From positions 1,623-65,622 of the forward strand of contig CAYTPW010000009.1 of the NCBI GenBank assembly GCA_964439935.1: a DNA stretch of 64,000 bases, written 5' to 3'. A model generated the notes under the pieces. It ran no database searches. It saw only the letters and a list, made by a program, of their open reading frames with translations, and was not told the origin of the DNA. This DNA is from an uncultured bacterium (GTDB lineage Bacteria; Fidelibacterota; Marinisomatia; Marinisomatales; TCS56). Each line of letters opens with the position of its first letter. The stretch's first letter is position 1. Positions 20,691 through 30,671 of the stretch are shown one piece after another. The translations under genes were made by a program, and so were the position numbers.

Positions 20691-23053
20691 TCCACCACCT
20701 TTATCTCTCTTCCATCGGAGTTTAGCCACAGCGCTTGATGTAGGTCGGTGCGCCATATATCTGCACCGGCTGATTTCAGACGATTGATGGTCAATTGAGA
20801 TGGATGTTTAAATTTGTTCCCATGCCCAACTGAAATTACCGCATGTTGTGGTTTAACGGCAGAAATAAAACCAGGTGTTGTCCCTGTGATCGATCCATGA
20901 TGGGCTACTTTGAGCACATCTGAATTCAGGCATTCTCCCAGTGGCCTGAGTAACTGCTCACCCTCTTTTTCCAAGTCTCCGGTAAATAGAAATGATGTTT
21001 TACCATAAATTAATTTAAAAACAATACTCCAATTGTTCAGATTATGCTTATCGCTGATCAAATTCGAATCGGGCGCAAAAACTTGAATAGTTGTTTTAGA
21101 ATCAATTTGGAAAATATCGCCCCGGACCGGATAAACATATTCGATGCCCAATTCCGGTATTACGGTCAGGATAGCTTGGTAAGCGTAAGAGCTGTAATCG
21201 ACTGATGTGTCCCATACTGTGTCAACCGGAATCGTTTCCAGGACTGTAATAATTCCTCCGACATGATCATTATGGGGATGGGTCATAACAACATAATCAA
21301 ATCGGTCGATATCCATATATATGGCTGTCGGTATTACAACATTTTTACCCATATCCTTTTTCCTAAACCGCAATCCGGCATCAACAAGCATCGTCTTTTG
21401 ATTTGGAAATTTGATCATTGCGGCATCCCCCTGGCCAACATCCAAAATCAGTATCTCCAAACCAGGACGAATCAAAGCCCATTTCCAAATCGCACAGGTT
21501 ACCAGACTCAGGAAAATAACAAATATATATTTCCGTTTGGATTGAACACTCAATAAATACAGGGAAATCAAAAAAGTGACGTAGACCAATCCGCTCATTA
21601 AACCGGGATTCGGCATATCAATCGCCGCCATTGGTAACGAAGAAAAACCTTTAGTGAGCAGAATGATAATCTGAGACAATAACCAGATAGCATTTCCAAG
21701 GGCAAATCCAATCAGGGGCAGCCAGTTAAGAAATAATAAGGCAAATCCGAGCGCAACCAATATACCAATCAGCGGTACGATGAGAACATTGGCCACCAGG
21801 GCAATGATCGGCAAACGGTGAAAAAACAATACGGTAAACGGCAGAGTTCCAATCTGAGCTGAAAGTGACACCAGAAATAAGCCCCAGCTGTATTTCAAAA
21901 ATTTATTTTTAATGTTGCTAACGCGCATTTTTACCGGCAGGATTTTCTCAAACAGGTTATAGAAGAATATTATCGAAATAACAGCGGTAAAGCTGAGTAA
22001 AAAACCAAGGTCATAAATATAGATCGGATTAAAAACCAGGATTGACAAAGCGGCAGCAGCAATCAGATTCCATACTTTTGCAGGTCGATTAACCACAGGC
22101 GCCAGAATGTACAAACCAGTCATTAGAGCAGCCCGGATAACGCTTGGTTTTCCACCTGTTAATAGTACAAAAAAAATCAAGCCAATGATTACAGCCAGTC
22201 GATCCCAGCCCCAGGGAATCCGCAGAACCCGGGTCAGGGCCAGTAATATGATCAAGACGTAACCGACATGCAGCCCGGATACGGCCAGCACGTGAATCAC
22301 ACCAGTGTCGGCAAATGCCGTCCGTACTTCCGGGTCCACCTCTGATTTATCGCCGAGGATAAGAGCCTGCAGTAAGCCTGCCGGTTGACCACCGATATTA
22401 GTCCGGAATATCTCCCGGATCGATTCTCGAATAGATTCAAGTCGTCTTTGGACCGGATGATTATCAGCGGCTACATACATCAGCGGAAATTGATCCGCTA
22501 AATAAATCCGTCCATATATTCCCTTGCGGTGATAAAAAGAGCGAAAATCGAATCCACCAGGATTGCGAGGGCCTTCAAGTGCATAGAACTTGCCCCTGCC
22601 ACTGATCGTATCTGCCAGTTGAACAATCTTTAGCTGGTCATCATAAATGTAATATGATAACTTGCCGGTAAATTTTATAGAATCATTTTCGATACTAAAA
22701 TTATCGATCTGGATTCGCATTCCCCGATCAGTTGTGTTGACAGCCCGAACGACTCCCTCAAAAGATACTGAACTGTAAGCAAGTTTTTCAGCCAGATTGG
22801 AACGGATTTCCATTTTTTGTAAGGATAACGAATATTGCAGCCATCCATACCCAAAGATTATCATAAACCAGAAGATCAGCAACCGATTACTGCTTTTAAC
22901 CAGCAATACTCCAGCACAGGCACCGGACATAAAGCTGACCGCCCACAGACTATTATTCAATATACTGGCGGTAATAATGCCGCTGATCATAAAAAAGATC
23001 AACCAGACTAATGGAATCTGTTTATAAAACTTAGATATACTTAACGAACACAT
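20681..23053 (-). CDS. comEC: DNA internalization competence protein ComEC/Rec2
   Basis: 790 aa with a polytopic membrane core and a C-terminal metallo-beta-lactamase domain (THPHNDHVGG, AHHGS). Confidence 0.9.
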   Translation of the reverse strand: MCSLSISKFYKQIPLVWLIFFMISGIITASILNNSLWAVSFMSGACAGVLLVKSSNRLLIFWFMIIFGYGWLQYSLSLQKMEIRSNLAEKLAYSSVSFEGVVRAVNTTDRGMRIQIDNFSIENDSIKFTGKLSYYIYDDQLKIVQLADTISGRGKFYALEGPRNPGGFDFRSFYHRKGIYGRIYLADQFPLMYVAADNHPVQRRLESIRESIREIFRTNIGGQPAGLLQALILGDKSEVDPEVRTAFADTGVIHVLAVSGLHVGYVLIILLALTRVLRIPWGWDRLAVIIGLIFFVLLTGGKPSVIRAALMTGLYILAPVVNRPAKVWNLIAAAALSILVFNPIYIYDLGFLLSFTAVISIIFFYNLFEKILPVKMRVSNIKNKFLKYSWGLFLVSLSAQIGTLPFTVLFFHRLPIIALVANVLIVPLIGILVALGFALLFLNWLPLIGFALGNAIWLLSQIIILLTKGFSSLPMAAIDMPNPGLMSGLVYVTFLISLYLLSVQSKRKYIFVIFLSLVTCAIWKWALIRPGLEILILDVGQGDAAMIKFPNQKTMLVDAGLRFRKKDMGKNVVIPTAIYMDIDRFDYVVMTHPHNDHVGGIITVLETIPVDTVWDTSVDYSSYAYQAILTVIPELGIEYVYPVRGDIFQIDSKTTIQVFAPDSNLISDKHNLNNWSIVFKLIYGKTSFLFTGDLEKEGEQLLRPLGECLNSDVLKVAHHGSITGTTPGFISAVKPQHAVISVGHGNKFKHPSQLTINRLKSAGADIWRTDLHQALWLNSDGREIKVVEWQ

Positions 23054-23188
23054 GTTTAAAATTGGATAAAATGATAGCGAAATACCAGATTAATTTTAAT
23101 CTGGATCATTTTAATAAATTACATTTTGCCGTAATCAGTCTGTGCCGTTAATTTGCCCGCAAAATTAATTAACCAAAGGGGATCGTTC

Positions 23189-24799
23189 ATGAGTCGACTC
23201 ACAGCGGGATTGATTGCTTTCGGAATTATTTTCTTAATTCTAATTATATTCGGAATTGGACCCTACGAGGCTGTCTGGTCTTTCCCTGGTAATTTTGACG
23301 CTATTCACAATTTACCCAGCTCTGACCTACCCCTTGGCGCCATTCCGCTCTTGATCATTGTACTGGTTGGAACTGGTATTTATGCCACCGTAAGGCTGGG
23401 TTTTCCGCAGATAAAACATTTCTGGCACGGCGTCAAAGTGACCATGGGCATCTATGATAATCCCGAGGACGAAGGCGATTTAAATCATTTTCGGGCTTTG
23501 ACAACCGCCCTGTCTGCGACGGTTGGTATTGGTAATATCGCCGGTGTGGCGACAGCCCTTTACTACGGTGGACCAGGAGCAATATTTTGGATGTGGATTA
23601 CCGCTTTTTTCGGAACTACCTTGAAATATGCGGAATGTTCTCTGTCTCTGAAATACCGTGAGATTCGTCCTGATGGATCAACGGCCGGTGGTCCAATGTA
23701 CACTATCGAACACGGGCTCGGTAAAAACTGGCGCTGGCTGGCAGTGGCCTTTGCCGCATTTACAATTATCTGCTCTTTTGCCACCGGTAATGCAGTTCAA
23801 TCATTTACCGTCTCGGACCAGGTATACTCCGAAGTGGCGCAAATTGTGGGAACCAGCCATTTCCTGACAATCAAACATCAGTTGTTTGAGAATTACTCAC
23901 TGTCGGTTCAGCAGGTCATTAATGGTCTGGTCATGGCCGGATTGGTAGCTATGGTTATCATCGGCGGAATTCGTCGCATTGGAAATGTAACTGGTGTTCT
24001 CGCGCCAGTGATGGCTTTGATTTATGTCAGTGCAACACTGTTGATCATTGTGTCCCACCTTAACACTTTGGGTGAAAGCTTCTCAATGATTTTCCGTTGG
24101 GCTTTCAATCCACCGGCCGAGATTGCCGGTATAGCCGGCGGCGGTTTCCTGGTATTTATGAACACTCTCCTGTGGGGTATCAAACGTGGCCTGTATTCCA
24201 ATGAAGCTGGCCAGGGCAGCGCCGCCATCGCCCATTCCACAGCCAAGACCAAATACCCGATCCGTGAAGGATCCGTTGCGATGCTGGGTCCCTTCATTGA
24301 CACAATCGTGATCTGCACCCTGACCGGTCTGGCAATCATCACAACCGGTGCCTGGCAACATACCGCCTTTTACGTAAATCGGATTGATCCCAATTTCACG
24401 ACTGAATTACTGAATGGTAGCCTGCTTACCTCACTAGCGTTTAAAGAGGGTCTGAGCTGGTTGTTCATCGGTGGTGATAAAATCGTGACTCTGTCGGTTA
24501 TGCTGTTTGCGATTTCAACAGCGATCAGTTGGTCATTTTATGGTGACCGGGCATCAGAATATTTATTTGGAAATAAAGCGATCCTCCCCTACCGCTGGAT
24601 TTTTGTGTTCTTTATTTTCATGGGTGCGATTGTCCCGCTGGAAGCAGCCTGGGCTTTTGGTGACGCTGCATTGGGCTTCATGACTTTCCCCAACCTCATA
24701 ACAATCATTTTACTGACCGGTGCCCTGCGGAAGATGACTAAAGATTATTTTGCTGTGAACCATCAACCCTACACCAAGCAAACTTTTCATGACAAATGA
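23189..24799 (+). CDS. Sodium:alanine (amino acid) symporter, AGCS family
   Basis: ALSATVGIGNIAGVATAL, GGPGAIFWMW and EAGQGSAAIAHS motifs. I prefer the ATG at 23189, with an AAAGGGGA RBS, over the TTG at 23153. Confidence 0.9.
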   Translation: MSRLTAGLIAFGIIFLILIIFGIGPYEAVWSFPGNFDAIHNLPSSDLPLGAIPLLIIVLVGTGIYATVRLGFPQIKHFWHGVKVTMGIYDNPEDEGDLNHFRALTTALSATVGIGNIAGVATALYYGGPGAIFWMWITAFFGTTLKYAECSLSLKYREIRPDGSTAGGPMYTIEHGLGKNWRWLAVAFAAFTIICSFATGNAVQSFTVSDQVYSEVAQIVGTSHFLTIKHQLFENYSLSVQQVINGLVMAGLVAMVIIGGIRRIGNVTGVLAPVMALIYVSATLLIIVSHLNTLGESFSMIFRWAFNPPAEIAGIAGGGFLVFMNTLLWGIKRGLYSNEAGQGSAAIAHSTAKTKYPIREGSVAMLGPFIDTIVICTLTGLAIITTGAWQHTAFYVNRIDPNFTTELLNGSLLTSLAFKEGLSWLFIGGDKIVTLSVMLFAISTAISWSFYGDRASEYLFGNKAILPYRWIFVFFIFMGAIVPLEAAWAFGDAALGFMTFPNLITIILLTGALRKMTKDYFAVNHQPYTKQTFHDK

Positions 24800-25607
24800 T
24801 GGTCCGATTCCGCTTAGTGATCTACATGCTGCAGCGTCTGAAGCAGCGCACGCTGCACGTGATATAATTAATTCTGCGGCGGACCAGCCAAAACAAATCG
24901 ACTATAAAGGCGACACCGACCTGGTTACCACTACCGATCGTGAATCAGAAGCGGCAATTACAGGTATCATCAGGCAGTATTTTCCAAACCACCAGATCCT
25001 GGCTGAAGAAAGCGGAGATAGCCACCACAAGTCAGACTATGAGTGGCTAATTGATCCTTTAGATGGAACCACCAATTTTGTACATGGTTATCCCTCCTAC
25101 GCTGTTTCCATTGGAATAGCTTATCAAAAAATCCTTGTTTGCGGCGTAATTGTCGAATTGCCTGCAAATCATGTGTATCATGCTATCCGAGGTCAGGGTG
25201 CTTTCTGCGATAATTATCCAATCACGGTTTCAAATGTGTCAGATCTGGGGAAATCACTATTGGTAACCGGCTTTGGTTATGTGCACGATGCCGCCTGGCA
25301 GGCCAATATGGAGCTGTTTAAGCATTTTACCGACATTACCCAGGGTGTACGCCGTTTAGGCGCAGCAGCGGTCGATTTAGCCCATGTTGCCTCGGGCAAA
25401 GTAGATGGCTTCTGGGAATTCAGTCTAAATCCCTGGGACACAGCCGCTGGAATTTTATTGGTGGAGGAAGCAGGCGGAAAAGTCAGCCGGATAGATGGTG
25501 AAAACTATTCAATCTATGATAAAAATTTCCTGGCAACCAACGGTAAGCTATATGATACCGTGTTAGCGCAAGTACAGTCAACATTAGCAATGTCCTCTCA
25601 CTTGTGA
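24789..25607 (+). CDS. suhB: Inositol monophosphatase family protein
   Basis: 272 aa, WLIDPLDGTTNF and WDTAAG motifs. Confidence 0.88.
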   Translation: MTNDGPIPLSDLHAAASEAAHAARDIINSAADQPKQIDYKGDTDLVTTTDRESEAAITGIIRQYFPNHQILAEESGDSHHKSDYEWLIDPLDGTTNFVHGYPSYAVSIGIAYQKILVCGVIVELPANHVYHAIRGQGAFCDNYPITVSNVSDLGKSLLVTGFGYVHDAAWQANMELFKHFTDITQGVRRLGAAAVDLAHVASGKVDGFWEFSLNPWDTAAGILLVEEAGGKVSRIDGENYSIYDKNFLATNGKLYDTVLAQVQSTLAMSSHL

Positions 25608-25638
25608 TCTGAATCTACACTTTGAGATGCGCGAATAT

Positions 25639-26391
25639 TTATTTATACAATATTTTCTGCAATTGCTTATCACTGGCAATTTCAGCAGCATCGCATCCAT
25701 ATTGAAAAATTCTAACTGGTTTTTCACCAATGATGGCTATTTGTGAATTAACAATTTGCAGGATACTGCCTTCATACAATCCAACAACCGGGACATGCTT
25801 ATTAACGGTAATAAATTCATTCAAACGGTCCGCCCGTGATTCACCACCGTGCCCTTCTGGTTTGGCATCAATAAAATGGGGATTGATCTGAAAAGGAACC
25901 AAACCCAGTGCTTCCAGGCTGGGAGGATTGACAATCGGCATATCATTGGTGGTCATAATTGTTGGACAGGCCAGATTGGAACCGGCACTCCAGCCCAAAT
26001 AGGGTTTACCACTGGATATTGCCTGTCTAATCGGTTCCAATAATTCATAGCGATATATTTCATGTAACAGCTGAAACGTATTCCCGCCACCGACCATGAT
26101 GGCATCCGCGATTTGAATGGCTGCTGTTTTATCAGTCTGGTCATGTAATGCGATGATATCATATCCCATCTCGTCAAATCGCTGCCGGACTTTATCTGCA
26201 TAATCCTGGTAAGAGATTGAAACACCGGCAAAAGGTAGAAAAATGATTGTCTTTATTGATGAGCCTAAAAATGCCTTAATGATTGGTTCGGGATACGCCA
26301 GGAATGATTCACCATAATTAGTAGAATTGCTCATCAACAGGAGACGATTATGAGCATATTGATCTTGACCGGCCATTCTCCCCTGCTCCAT
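25639..26391 (-). CDS. pepE: Dipeptidase E (peptidase S51)
   Basis: LLMSNST, GGGNTFQLL and GWSAGSN (nucleophile Ser) motifs. The N-terminal start is uncertain by about 5-20 codons. Confidence 0.85.
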   Translation of the reverse strand: MEQGRMAGQDQYAHNRLLLMSNSTNYGESFLAYPEPIIKAFLGSSIKTIIFLPFAGVSISYQDYADKVRQRFDEMGYDIIALHDQTDKTAAIQIADAIMVGGGNTFQLLHEIYRYELLEPIRQAISSGKPYLGWSAGSNLACPTIMTTNDMPIVNPPSLEALGLVPFQINPHFIDAKPEGHGGESRADRLNEFITVNKHVPVVGLYEGSILQIVNSQIAIIGEKPVRIFQYGCDAAEIASDKQLQKILYK

Positions 26392-26411
26392 TACTTGATA
26401 ATTATCATGTT

Positions 26412-28403
26412 TTATTTAGTTAATCCGGGTAGACGGGACCGGATTTCAGAAACCGGTAAATCGATTAAATCGTTGAAGGTAAACCGACCGTCATCGGTAA
26501 CTCGTCCAATCGTAGTGGATGGAACTCCGACATTCATGCATATACGCTCAAATTCCATAAGATCATTCTCGCCCAATGTAATCAGTACTACCCCCTGTGA
26601 CTCACCAAAAAGGAGCTCAGCCGGTAGCAGTTTTCGTGACAGATGAACCCGCGCACCAAGCTCTTCCTGAGCATAAACCAGATTATTGGCAATCGCCGCA
26701 ACCAGTCCACCCCGTCCAATACTATAAGCTGATTTAACGAATTTTCCCTCAATTCCTTGGATTATGGTTTCCTGCAGACGCCGTTCCATTCCGAAATCCA
26801 GAGTCGGTAATACACCGGCTGAGGAATTATGAAATACCTGCATATATTTTGATCCCCCCAATTCACCACGCAAACTACCCAATATGGAAATAAAATCGCC
26901 ACTATCCTTGAATACAGTAGTAACCGGCTCGCTGTTAGAGCTCATTGATCCAATTAGTCCAATCGTTGGTGAATATTGTTGAGTTATTTTTACCGGACCC
27001 GAATAAATGCTCAATTGCTGCAATCCCAGCTGGTGACAGGCACTTGAAATTCCCCTAATAACCTGACTGAAATTTAAGAGGTTATCAGCTGCCAGATCCT
27101 GATTACAGAGAATATATGCTGTAATCCCATTAGCTTTGCCCCCGTTGCAAGCCATTCTGCGAACCATTTTAGCAATCAAAATCGTCACTGACAATTGCGG
27201 ATCCAGTGCTGTCATCGATTGATTTTGTCCGATATCAAACAAGATGGAAGAATTAGTGATATCCGATGAAATGATTCGTGCCGGTTGGCCGATATTTCGA
27301 TCAGTGATATATGCCATTAAATCCAGTAACTGAAGGTTGTAATCTTCTCCATATTTTACTTCGGAGATCGCTCCGGTCTGCCGTTCAGTTTCTTCAGGAG
27401 TAAAAAGAGTTGAGTACTCCTCGATCAAACTCACATCCGGATTGTAAAGGGTTGCCGGGATATGTACCAGTATTTCACCATTATTTGTAACTGTAAAATC
27501 CAGATCTTCCTTGATGTGTCCGATAGTTTGGAAAGTCAAACTGAAATCGCTTAAAAGTGACAGCAATTCATGCTCATACCCGGCTTGAATCTGAACCATG
27601 AATAACCGTTCAATGGAAAACAATCGATCGTACATATCATCGGGGGAAACATCTTTTAGCGAAATTTCGATCCCAACGCCATTGTTTATTAAGAAATCGA
27701 TGATATCATTGATGCAGTTTCGTGTGGAGACGTCTGCCAAACGGATAATCCATGGTTTTTCGATCAACAACCGTAAAGCTTTAATAATATTTTTCCGTTG
27801 AGCTATTGTTGTCGCGCTACCCGATTTACGGTAAATACCGGTATCTACTGCAACTAAAATTCCTTGACTGGGATTGATTGTTCCCACCCGTGACTGAGCA
27901 GGAACACCAAGAACCATTAAATCTGCGCTATCTTTTTCACCAGATAAATAGGATCTTCCCGGTATAATCCGCAAATCCAAGTCACCATATTGTCGTTCTA
28001 ATTTCCGGATAATGTGCGGTAGTGAAGCAGATTCATTTTCAATTAGATTTCCACCGATGATAGCAGTACTTGGTAACCATCGTTTCAGCAACATGTTTAG
28101 TACCGAATCATGCAGGGCTACAGGCAGATTCTTCAATGAATTATTTCCATTGATTTCAGTAATATAATCACTATCCAGTTTCAAGATTGAATTTTCTGAT
28201 GTGAGGATTTCATCTTGAGCTGTCTGGTTTCGTCTAATCATATCAGCGTAAGGAAACCATTGATAAAATTCATGCCAGATATGGGCGACTACCAACTGTT
28301 CGTATTCAGTTGGAATCCTACCTAGCGAGTGGCGCAGATATTCCTGCTCGCGTTCAGTAAGCCTGCCACGGGAACCGGCTTTTTTCGTCACAGTGCTCAT
28401 CAA
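26412..28403 (-). CDS. PurL-like (FGAM synthase II / AIR-synthase-related) protein with degenerate catalytic motifs
   Basis: 663 aa. The N-terminus LGRIPTEYEQLVVAHIWHEF parallels PurL LGREPT..EL..F...WSEHC. The C-terminus GRGGLVAAIANN...LLFGESQGVVLIT...GVPSTTIGRVT parallels the PurL C-terminal half. I could not find the ESHNHPS, GAATGVGG or GRDG motifs. Confidence 0.6.
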   Translation of the reverse strand: MMSTVTKKAGSRGRLTEREQEYLRHSLGRIPTEYEQLVVAHIWHEFYQWFPYADMIRRNQTAQDEILTSENSILKLDSDYITEINGNNSLKNLPVALHDSVLNMLLKRWLPSTAIIGGNLIENESASLPHIIRKLERQYGDLDLRIIPGRSYLSGEKDSADLMVLGVPAQSRVGTINPSQGILVAVDTGIYRKSGSATTIAQRKNIIKALRLLIEKPWIIRLADVSTRNCINDIIDFLINNGVGIEISLKDVSPDDMYDRLFSIERLFMVQIQAGYEHELLSLLSDFSLTFQTIGHIKEDLDFTVTNNGEILVHIPATLYNPDVSLIEEYSTLFTPEETERQTGAISEVKYGEDYNLQLLDLMAYITDRNIGQPARIISSDITNSSILFDIGQNQSMTALDPQLSVTILIAKMVRRMACNGGKANGITAYILCNQDLAADNLLNFSQVIRGISSACHQLGLQQLSIYSGPVKITQQYSPTIGLIGSMSSNSEPVTTVFKDSGDFISILGSLRGELGGSKYMQVFHNSSAGVLPTLDFGMERRLQETIIQGIEGKFVKSAYSIGRGGLVAAIANNLVYAQEELGARVHLSRKLLPAELLFGESQGVVLITLGENDLMEFERICMNVGVPSTTIGRVTDDGRFTFNDLIDLPVSEIRSRLPGLTK

Positions 28404-28411
28404 ATCACCAC

Positions 28412-29068
28412 TTATTTAGCTTCATTTTGGGACTGTATAACAGTGTTGATTTCTGTCCAGTTATACCCTTTTCGCATAAGAAAATCGATTATTTTTTTTT
28501 GTTGTTTTTTATCTGAGCCAGCCATCGAAATATTCTTTTTATCCAATAATTTCCTGATCAATTCAATTTCTCTGCCAGCCGGATAATATTCAGTAATTAT
28601 CTGCTGAATAATAGTGGCGGTTATATGCAGTCGAAATAATTCGGAACTCACTACCCTGGGACCTAAATACTTCAATTTAATTTTATCTCTACAGAAAGCG
28701 CGGCTAAACTCCAGATCATCCAGATACCCTTTATTTTCCAGCCGATCCAAAATTGGTTCGACTTCGGATTTATCCCAGTTTTTCTGGATCAAGCGCTGTT
28801 TCAGTTCTCCACGGCTGCGAGCCCGGTAGCTCAACAGGTTAAGTGCCGAATCCCACAGTTTCTGCTGATCGCTTTGGTCCAATAAATCATTTATCTGATG
28901 CTCGTCAAGATGATCCCCGGGATGAATAGGGTGGGCAAGGAAGATATCTCCCGGCAGGCCGAATACTCGACCATCAGCCAGAAATATCGTCCGTCGATCG
29001 GTACGTCGTCGTTGCTCCTTTACATTGACAACTTTAATCTTCGGAGTGATCTTCCGCTTCCTCTTCAA
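28412..29068 (-). CDS. recX: RecA regulator RecX
   Basis: 218 aa immediately downstream of recA with a 35-nt overlap. Has the [16 protein letters not shown] helical repeat pattern. Confidence 0.85.
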   Translation of the reverse strand: MKRKRKITPKIKVVNVKEQRRRTDRRTIFLADGRVFGLPGDIFLAHPIHPGDHLDEHQINDLLDQSDQQKLWDSALNLLSYRARSRGELKQRLIQKNWDKSEVEPILDRLENKGYLDDLEFSRAFCRDKIKLKYLGPRVVSSELFRLHITATIIQQIITEYYPAGREIELIRKLLDKKNISMAGSDKKQQKKIIDFLMRKGYNWTEINTVIQSQNEAK

Positions 29069-30059
29069 TTCCCATAAATGCTTTCACCTGGCTGATGACT
29101 TTGGCCATAGTATCGGCATTATCCCGGAAGTAACTCTTGGCATTTTCGCGACCTTGACCAATACGTTCATCGCCAAATGAATACCACGATCCTGTTTTCT
29201 GAACAATATCACCTTTCAGGGCTAAATCAAGTATATCACCTTCATATGAGATGCCGTGCCCAAACATGATATCAAATTCGGTCTTTTTAAATGGTGGAGC
29301 TACCTTATTTTTAACCACTTTCACCCGTACACGATTGCCAACATTTTCACCGCCATCCTGAATTGATGTAATGCGTCGTATATCCATTCTGATCGAGGTG
29401 TAAAATTTTAAAGCACGTCCACCGGATGTTGTTTCCGGGTTACCGAACATAACGCCTATCTTTTCCCTGATCTGGTTAATAAAAATAACACAGGTATTGG
29501 ATTTATGAACAGTACCGGTAAGTTTGCGCAGTGCCTGGGACATTAGGCGAGCCTGCAATCCGATAAACGAATCGCCCATTTCACCTTCCAATTCAGCCCG
29601 GGGAACCAAAGCAGCGACCGAATCGATTACAATTACATCCAAGGCACCGCTGCGAACAAGTGTCTCAGTGATTTCCAGGGCTTGCTCGCCAGTGTCAGGT
29701 TGTGAAACCAGAAGTTGGTCGGTGTCCACTCCTAATTTTCGGGAATATTCCGGGTCTAAGGCATGTTCAGCATCAATAAAAGCAGCATAACCACCAGCTA
29801 TTTGCGCCTGAGCAATTATATGTAAGGCTAAGGTTGTTTTACCACCAGCTTCCGGACCATAAATTTCTACTATTCTGCCCCTGGGTACCCCGCCAATCCC
29901 CAAAGCAATATCAAGTGAAAGACAGCCAGTAGAAATTATATTATCGAGCATCCGGGGTTGATCACTTCCTAATCTCATTATCGATCCTTTTCCGAATTGC
30001 CGGTCGATCTGGCTGATAGCTAAATCTAATGCACGTTCTTTCTTATCTGTGGCTGCCAT
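29034..30059 (-). CDS. recA: Recombinase RecA
   Basis: 341 aa, [12 protein letters not shown] Walker [10 protein letters not shown], and the conserved L1/L2 loop region. Confidence 0.98.
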   Translation of the reverse strand: MAATDKKERALDLAISQIDRQFGKGSIMRLGSDQPRMLDNIISTGCLSLDIALGIGGVPRGRIVEIYGPEAGGKTTLALHIIAQAQIAGGYAAFIDAEHALDPEYSRKLGVDTDQLLVSQPDTGEQALEITETLVRSGALDVIVIDSVAALVPRAELEGEMGDSFIGLQARLMSQALRKLTGTVHKSNTCVIFINQIREKIGVMFGNPETTSGGRALKFYTSIRMDIRRITSIQDGGENVGNRVRVKVVKNKVAPPFKKTEFDIMFGHGISYEGDILDLALKGDIVQKTGSWYSFGDERIGQGRENAKSYFRDNADTMAKVISQVKAFMGIEEEAEDHSED

Positions 30060-30062
30060 AAA

Positions 30063-30671
30063 TCACTCCTTTACAGGTTGTGGTGAAAAATAATGGGTTC
30101 CCAAATTGGTATAGATCGGGCCACCCGGTAATAATTCACTGGAAATTAAATGTATACGATCAGTTACTAGGTTGATACTATTATACTGCGTTCGTAGAAA
30201 AGAATTTATATCAGGGGTATGTTTCTGTGGATATCTGATCCGCGCAATTGTAACATGTGGTTTGAAACGTTCACTTTCGTCCGGAAAGCCGAATTTGTCC
30301 AGCACATTATGGATGAGTCGAACCAGTTCCTGTAATTGCTCTAACTCTCCATCCATACCAAGCCATAAGACACGAGGTCTGTTAGGTGTCGGGAAGCAGC
30401 CAGTACCGGTGATTTTAAAGTTAAGTGGCTGGAATTGCTCAGCCAGATTTTTCAGACGGTAATTAATTTTATCGATCAATTTTTCCGGAGTCGGTCCAAG
30501 AAATTTTGCGGTGATATGAATGGAATTGGGATTGACCCATTTCAGTTTCGTACGTTTAGCTTCGATAGTCGTTTTTAACATCTCCTGAACAGCACTAACC
30601 CGTTTAGGTACTGCGAGAGCAATGAATGTTCTAAGTAGTCTTTCAGGCATTTTCAAGTTCAAGTCTAACAA
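30063..30671 (-). CDS. thpR: RNA 2',3'-cyclic phosphodiesterase (2H phosphoesterase, ThpR/LigT)
   Basis: Two HxT motifs (HITAKF and HVTIARI) at the expected spacing. An alternative start lies at 30650. Confidence 0.85.
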   Translation of the reverse strand: MLDLNLKMPERLLRTFIALAVPKRVSAVQEMLKTTIEAKRTKLKWVNPNSIHITAKFLGPTPEKLIDKINYRLKNLAEQFQPLNFKITGTGCFPTPNRPRVLWLGMDGELEQLQELVRLIHNVLDKFGFPDESERFKPHVTIARIRYPQKHTPDINSFLRTQYNSINLVTDRIHLISSELLPGGPIYTNLGTHYFSPQPVKE

